From the NCBI GenBank assembly GCA_031389965.1, contig JANMTA010000521.1:1-34520 (forward strand): a DNA stretch of 34,520 nucleotides, given 5' to 3'. The notes under the pieces were generated by a model, which saw only the letters and a program-made list of their open reading frames with translations, did no database searches and had not been told where the DNA came from. The position numbers were made by a program, and so were the translations under genes. Shown here in pieces: positions 32,101-34,520 of the stretch; position 1 is the stretch's first letter, and each line of letters starts with the position of its first letter. The DNA is from Betaproteobacteria bacterium. GTDB taxonomy: Bacteria > Pseudomonadota > Gammaproteobacteria > Burkholderiales > Rhodocyclaceae.

Positions 32101-32568
32101 ATGGGTCAGGACGAACCACCCTACGAAATCGCCTGCCCCCAAAGGGGAATTCCAGGCGTGCAGAGCCCCGAGTCGGAACTGCACCCCTCGCTGGTGGTTC
32201 GCCTGGTGTTGTGGACCGTCGGCAGCCTAGCCCTGCTGCTGGGCATCATCGGCATCTTTCTGCCCGGTCTGCCGACCACACCCTTCGTCCTGGTCGCGGC
32301 CGCCTGCTATGCGCGGGCCTCGGAACCCTTCTATCGCTGGCTGATCGCCAATCCGACCTTCGGCCCGCTGATCATCGAATGGCGGCGCCATCACAGCATT
32401 CCGTATCGCATCAAGCTGATTGCCATCACGCTGATGAGCCTGACCATCTGCGCCTCGATGTGGACCTTCTCCGCCATGCCCTGGCTGCAAGTCCTGCTGG
32501 CGGTCATCGGCATATCCACCTCGGTCTGGCTCTGGCGCATTCCCTCGCGCGACCGGCCCGCGAAATAG
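32101..32568 (+). CDS. ybaN: YbaN/DUF454 family inner-membrane protein
   Basis: LGIIGIFLPGLPTTPFVLVAAACYARAS..WL...P.FGPLI.EW signature; start ATG 32101 or GTG 32158. Confidence 0.88.
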   Translation: MGQDEPPYEIACPQRGIPGVQSPESELHPSLVVRLVLWTVGSLALLLGIIGIFLPGLPTTPFVLVAAACYARASEPFYRWLIANPTFGPLIIEWRRHHSIPYRIKLIAITLMSLTICASMWTFSAMPWLQVLLAVIGISTSVWLWRIPSRDRPAK

Positions 32569-32591
32569 CCGGGCGCCGTGGCGCCAGCGCC

Positions 32592-32653
32592 GACTTTCAT
32601 CCACAATATTGGAAGAAAGTCTTGACTATTTTCCATTTTTATAGAAAATAGTC
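32592..32653. promoter_or_regulatory. two tandem 30-bp imperfect palindromes overlapping the promoter of the ATPase gene
   Basis: GACTTTCATCCACAATATTGGAAGAAAGTC (32592-32621) and GACTATTTTCCATTTTTATAGAAAATAGTC (32624-32653); TTGACT -35-like box at 32622-32627. Confidence 0.7.
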
Positions 32654-32656
32654 GCC

Positions 32657-33790
32657 ATGGAACGCGCCCTTGCTCCCTTTATTCGCGCCGATCTGGCCCG
32701 CAAGATGGTGTTTCTTTGCGGCCCGCGCCAGGCGGGGAAGACCACGCTGGCGCGGGCTCTCGCGACAGGAATGCCGTCCGCCCAGGTGCTCAACTGGGAT
32801 GTGGCCGGCGACCGCCGGGTCATCCTCGATCGCAGCTGGTCGCCGGAGGCATCCCTGGTCGTGCTCGACGAGCTGCACAAGATGGCCGACTGGAAGCCCT
32901 GGCTCAAGGGCGTCTTCGATGGTCGGCCGGCGGGCCAGGCCCTGCTGGTCACCGGCAGCGCGCGCCTCGACGCCTTCCGCCAGTCCGGCGAATCGCTGGC
33001 CGGCCGCTATTTTTCATGGCGCCTGCATCCGATCAGCGTCGCCGAGTGGGTCGCTGCCTCCGGCGCGACAGCCGATCAGGCCCTGGCACGGCTGCTCGAA
33101 CGCGGCGGCTTTCCCGAACCCTTTCTTGCCGAAAGTCCGGCCGACGCCGAACGCTGGCGACGCCTCTACATCGAGGGCGCTGTCCGCGACGACATCCTCG
33201 AGTTCTCGCGCATCAGCGAGATTCGCGCCATGCGCGTATTCATCGACATGCTGCGAGCCCGGGTCGGCTCGCCGCTGTCGCTGGCCTCGCTGGCCCGCGA
33301 TCTGCAAGTCTCGCCGACGACGCTGGGAAAATATCTGGAAATTCTCGAGGCCTTGCACATCGTTTTTACGGTGCGCCCATTCCACCGCAACATTGCCCGC
33401 GCGCTGCTCAAGGAACCCAAGCTGTACTTTTTCGATAGCGGCCTGGTCGTCGGCGACGAGGGCGCGCGCTTCGAAAACGCCTGCGCCGCGATGCTGTTGC
33501 GGCATGCCCATTTCCTCCAGGATTCCGCGGGGCGCGACGTCACGCTGCATTACGTGCGCGACAAGGACGGGCGGGAAATCGACTTCGCGCTGTGCGAAAA
33601 GGGCGAACCGCTCGGCTTTGCCGAGTGCAAGTGGGCCGACCCGAAAGTCCCGCCCTACCTCGCGGCGATTGCCGAGCGTTTTCCCGGCGCCGGCGCCACC
33701 TTGCTGGTACGTCATCTGCGACAGCCAGAGCAGCGCGGCCGGGTTGCGGTGGAACGCGCGGCCGAGTGGCTGGCGCGTCTGGCGGCGTGA
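32657..33790 (+). CDS. AAA_14/DUF4143-family ATP-binding protein with C-terminal PD-(D/E)xK-like motif
   Basis: GPRQAGKT (Walker A), VVLDE (Walker B), VTGS, ESLAGR, GGFPE, SLASLARDLQVSPTTLGKYL (HTH-like), KLYFFDSG, FEN, REIDF..AECKW. Confidence 0.88.
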   Translation: MERALAPFIRADLARKMVFLCGPRQAGKTTLARALATGMPSAQVLNWDVAGDRRVILDRSWSPEASLVVLDELHKMADWKPWLKGVFDGRPAGQALLVTGSARLDAFRQSGESLAGRYFSWRLHPISVAEWVAASGATADQALARLLERGGFPEPFLAESPADAERWRRLYIEGAVRDDILEFSRISEIRAMRVFIDMLRARVGSPLSLASLARDLQVSPTTLGKYLEILEALHIVFTVRPFHRNIARALLKEPKLYFFDSGLVVGDEGARFENACAAMLLRHAHFLQDSAGRDVTLHYVRDKDGREIDFALCEKGEPLGFAECKWADPKVPPYLAAIAERFPGAGATLLVRHLRQPEQRGRVAVERAAEWLARLAA

Positions 33791-33846
33791 GATTCGGCGC
33801 GGCGGGGTAGAATTTCGCGCAAAACATACAACAGGGACTCAGCAGC

Positions 33847-34520
33847 ATGACCAACTACAGCACCGAATCCATCCGCGCCCTGGCCCTCGTCGGCCACGGC
33901 GGTGCCGGCAAGACCACGCTGGCCGAAGCCCTGCTGTTCAAGGCCGGCGCCATCGCCGCGAAGGGCAGCGTCGAGAAGGGCAGCAGCGTCTGCGATTTCG
34001 ATCCGCAGGAAAAGTCGGCCGGCCATTCGCTCAACTCGGCGATGGTGAATTTTGCCGCCGAGGGTGTGCATATTCACCTGATCGACACCCCGGGTTATCC
34101 CGATTTCGCCGGGCAGGCGGTCGCCGCCCTGGCCGCCGTCGAAACCGCGATCGTGGTGATCAACGCCCAGACCGGCATCGAGCTCGCCACCGAGCGCATG
34201 ATGCGGGCCGCCCAGGCCAGGGGCCTGGCGCGCATGATCGTGATCAACAAGATCGATGCGGATAATGTCGATCTGCCGGGGCTGGTGAACCAGATCCGCG
34301 AACGCTTCGGCAAGGAATGCCTGCTGCTCGACTTGCCGGCACATGGCCGTCAGGACGTGGTCGAGGTGCTGGAGCATGATGGCGGCCGGGGTGACGTAAC
34401 AAGCGACTTCGATTCGGTTGCCCGCGCGCATCGCGAACTGATCGACCAGCTGGTGGAAGAGGACGAGTCGCTGCTCGCCCGCTACCTGGAGGAAGGCAAG
34501 GATCCCGATGCCAGGGAACT
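33847..34520 (+). CDS. fusA: elongation factor G paralogue (EF-G II type), 5' part; runs off the window
   Basis: ATG 33847: MTNYSTESIRALALVGHGGAGKTTLAEALL..CDFDPQE..DTPGYPDF..INKID. Absent from the ORF track because there is no stop in the window; TAGAAT -10-like box at 33808-33813. Confidence 0.88.
   Translation, partial: MTNYSTESIRALALVGHGGAGKTTLAEALLFKAGAIAAKGSVEKGSSVCDFDPQEKSAGHSLNSAMVNFAAEGVHIHLIDTPGYPDFAGQAVAALAAVETAIVVINAQTGIELATERMMRAAQARGLARMIVINKIDADNVDLPGLVNQIRERFGKECLLLDLPAHGRQDVVEVLEHDGGRGDVTSDFDSVARAHRELIDQLVEEDESLLARYLEEGKDPDARE

Noticed and set aside
32131-32148. GCCTGCCCCCAAAGGGG in the ybaN 5' region as a further copy of the junction repeat
   Set aside because: Similarity too short; no shared 18-nt motif or flanking duplication.
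32670-34265. 531-aa ORF apparently fusing the ATPase and EF-G regions
   Set aside because: Out of frame with both real genes; low-complexity Arg/Pro/Ser translation.

Overview
GC-rich betaproteobacterial chromosome segment; gene order and protein style suggest Rhodocyclales or relatives (inference). Positions 1-22.5 kb are conserved core: a partial lipoprotein, lysA, lptM, cyaY, mrcA, pilMNOPQ, aroK, aroB, dgt, gltBD, glmU and glmS. Directly after glmS (the attTn7 position) comes a more accessory block: a UbiD-family decarboxylase with no ubiX in the window, a five-gene Liv-type ABC transporter, the 3' remnant of an SRAP (YedK) gene, and an intact CbbF-like class 1 FBPase homologue whose catalytic and metal residues are substituted. 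These are followed by a radical SAM protein, YbaN, an AAA_14/DUF4143 ATPase-nuclease with two tandem 30-bp palindromes in its promoter, and the start of an EF-G paralogue. Main observations: (1) two short hairpin-bearing inserts sit at overlapping stop/start junctions (gltB-gltD and between the two ABC ATPases); each has a duplicated junction and a bridging mini-ORF overlapping both neighbours; (2) a probable FBPase pseudoenzyme; (3) the UbiD + ABC cassette with an atypical cofactor-site residue; (4) the double-operator ATPase-nuclease; (5) an attenuator-like gltB leader. No CRISPR array, rRNA, tRNA, integrase or transposase was seen. All family assignments are by motif recognition, not database search.
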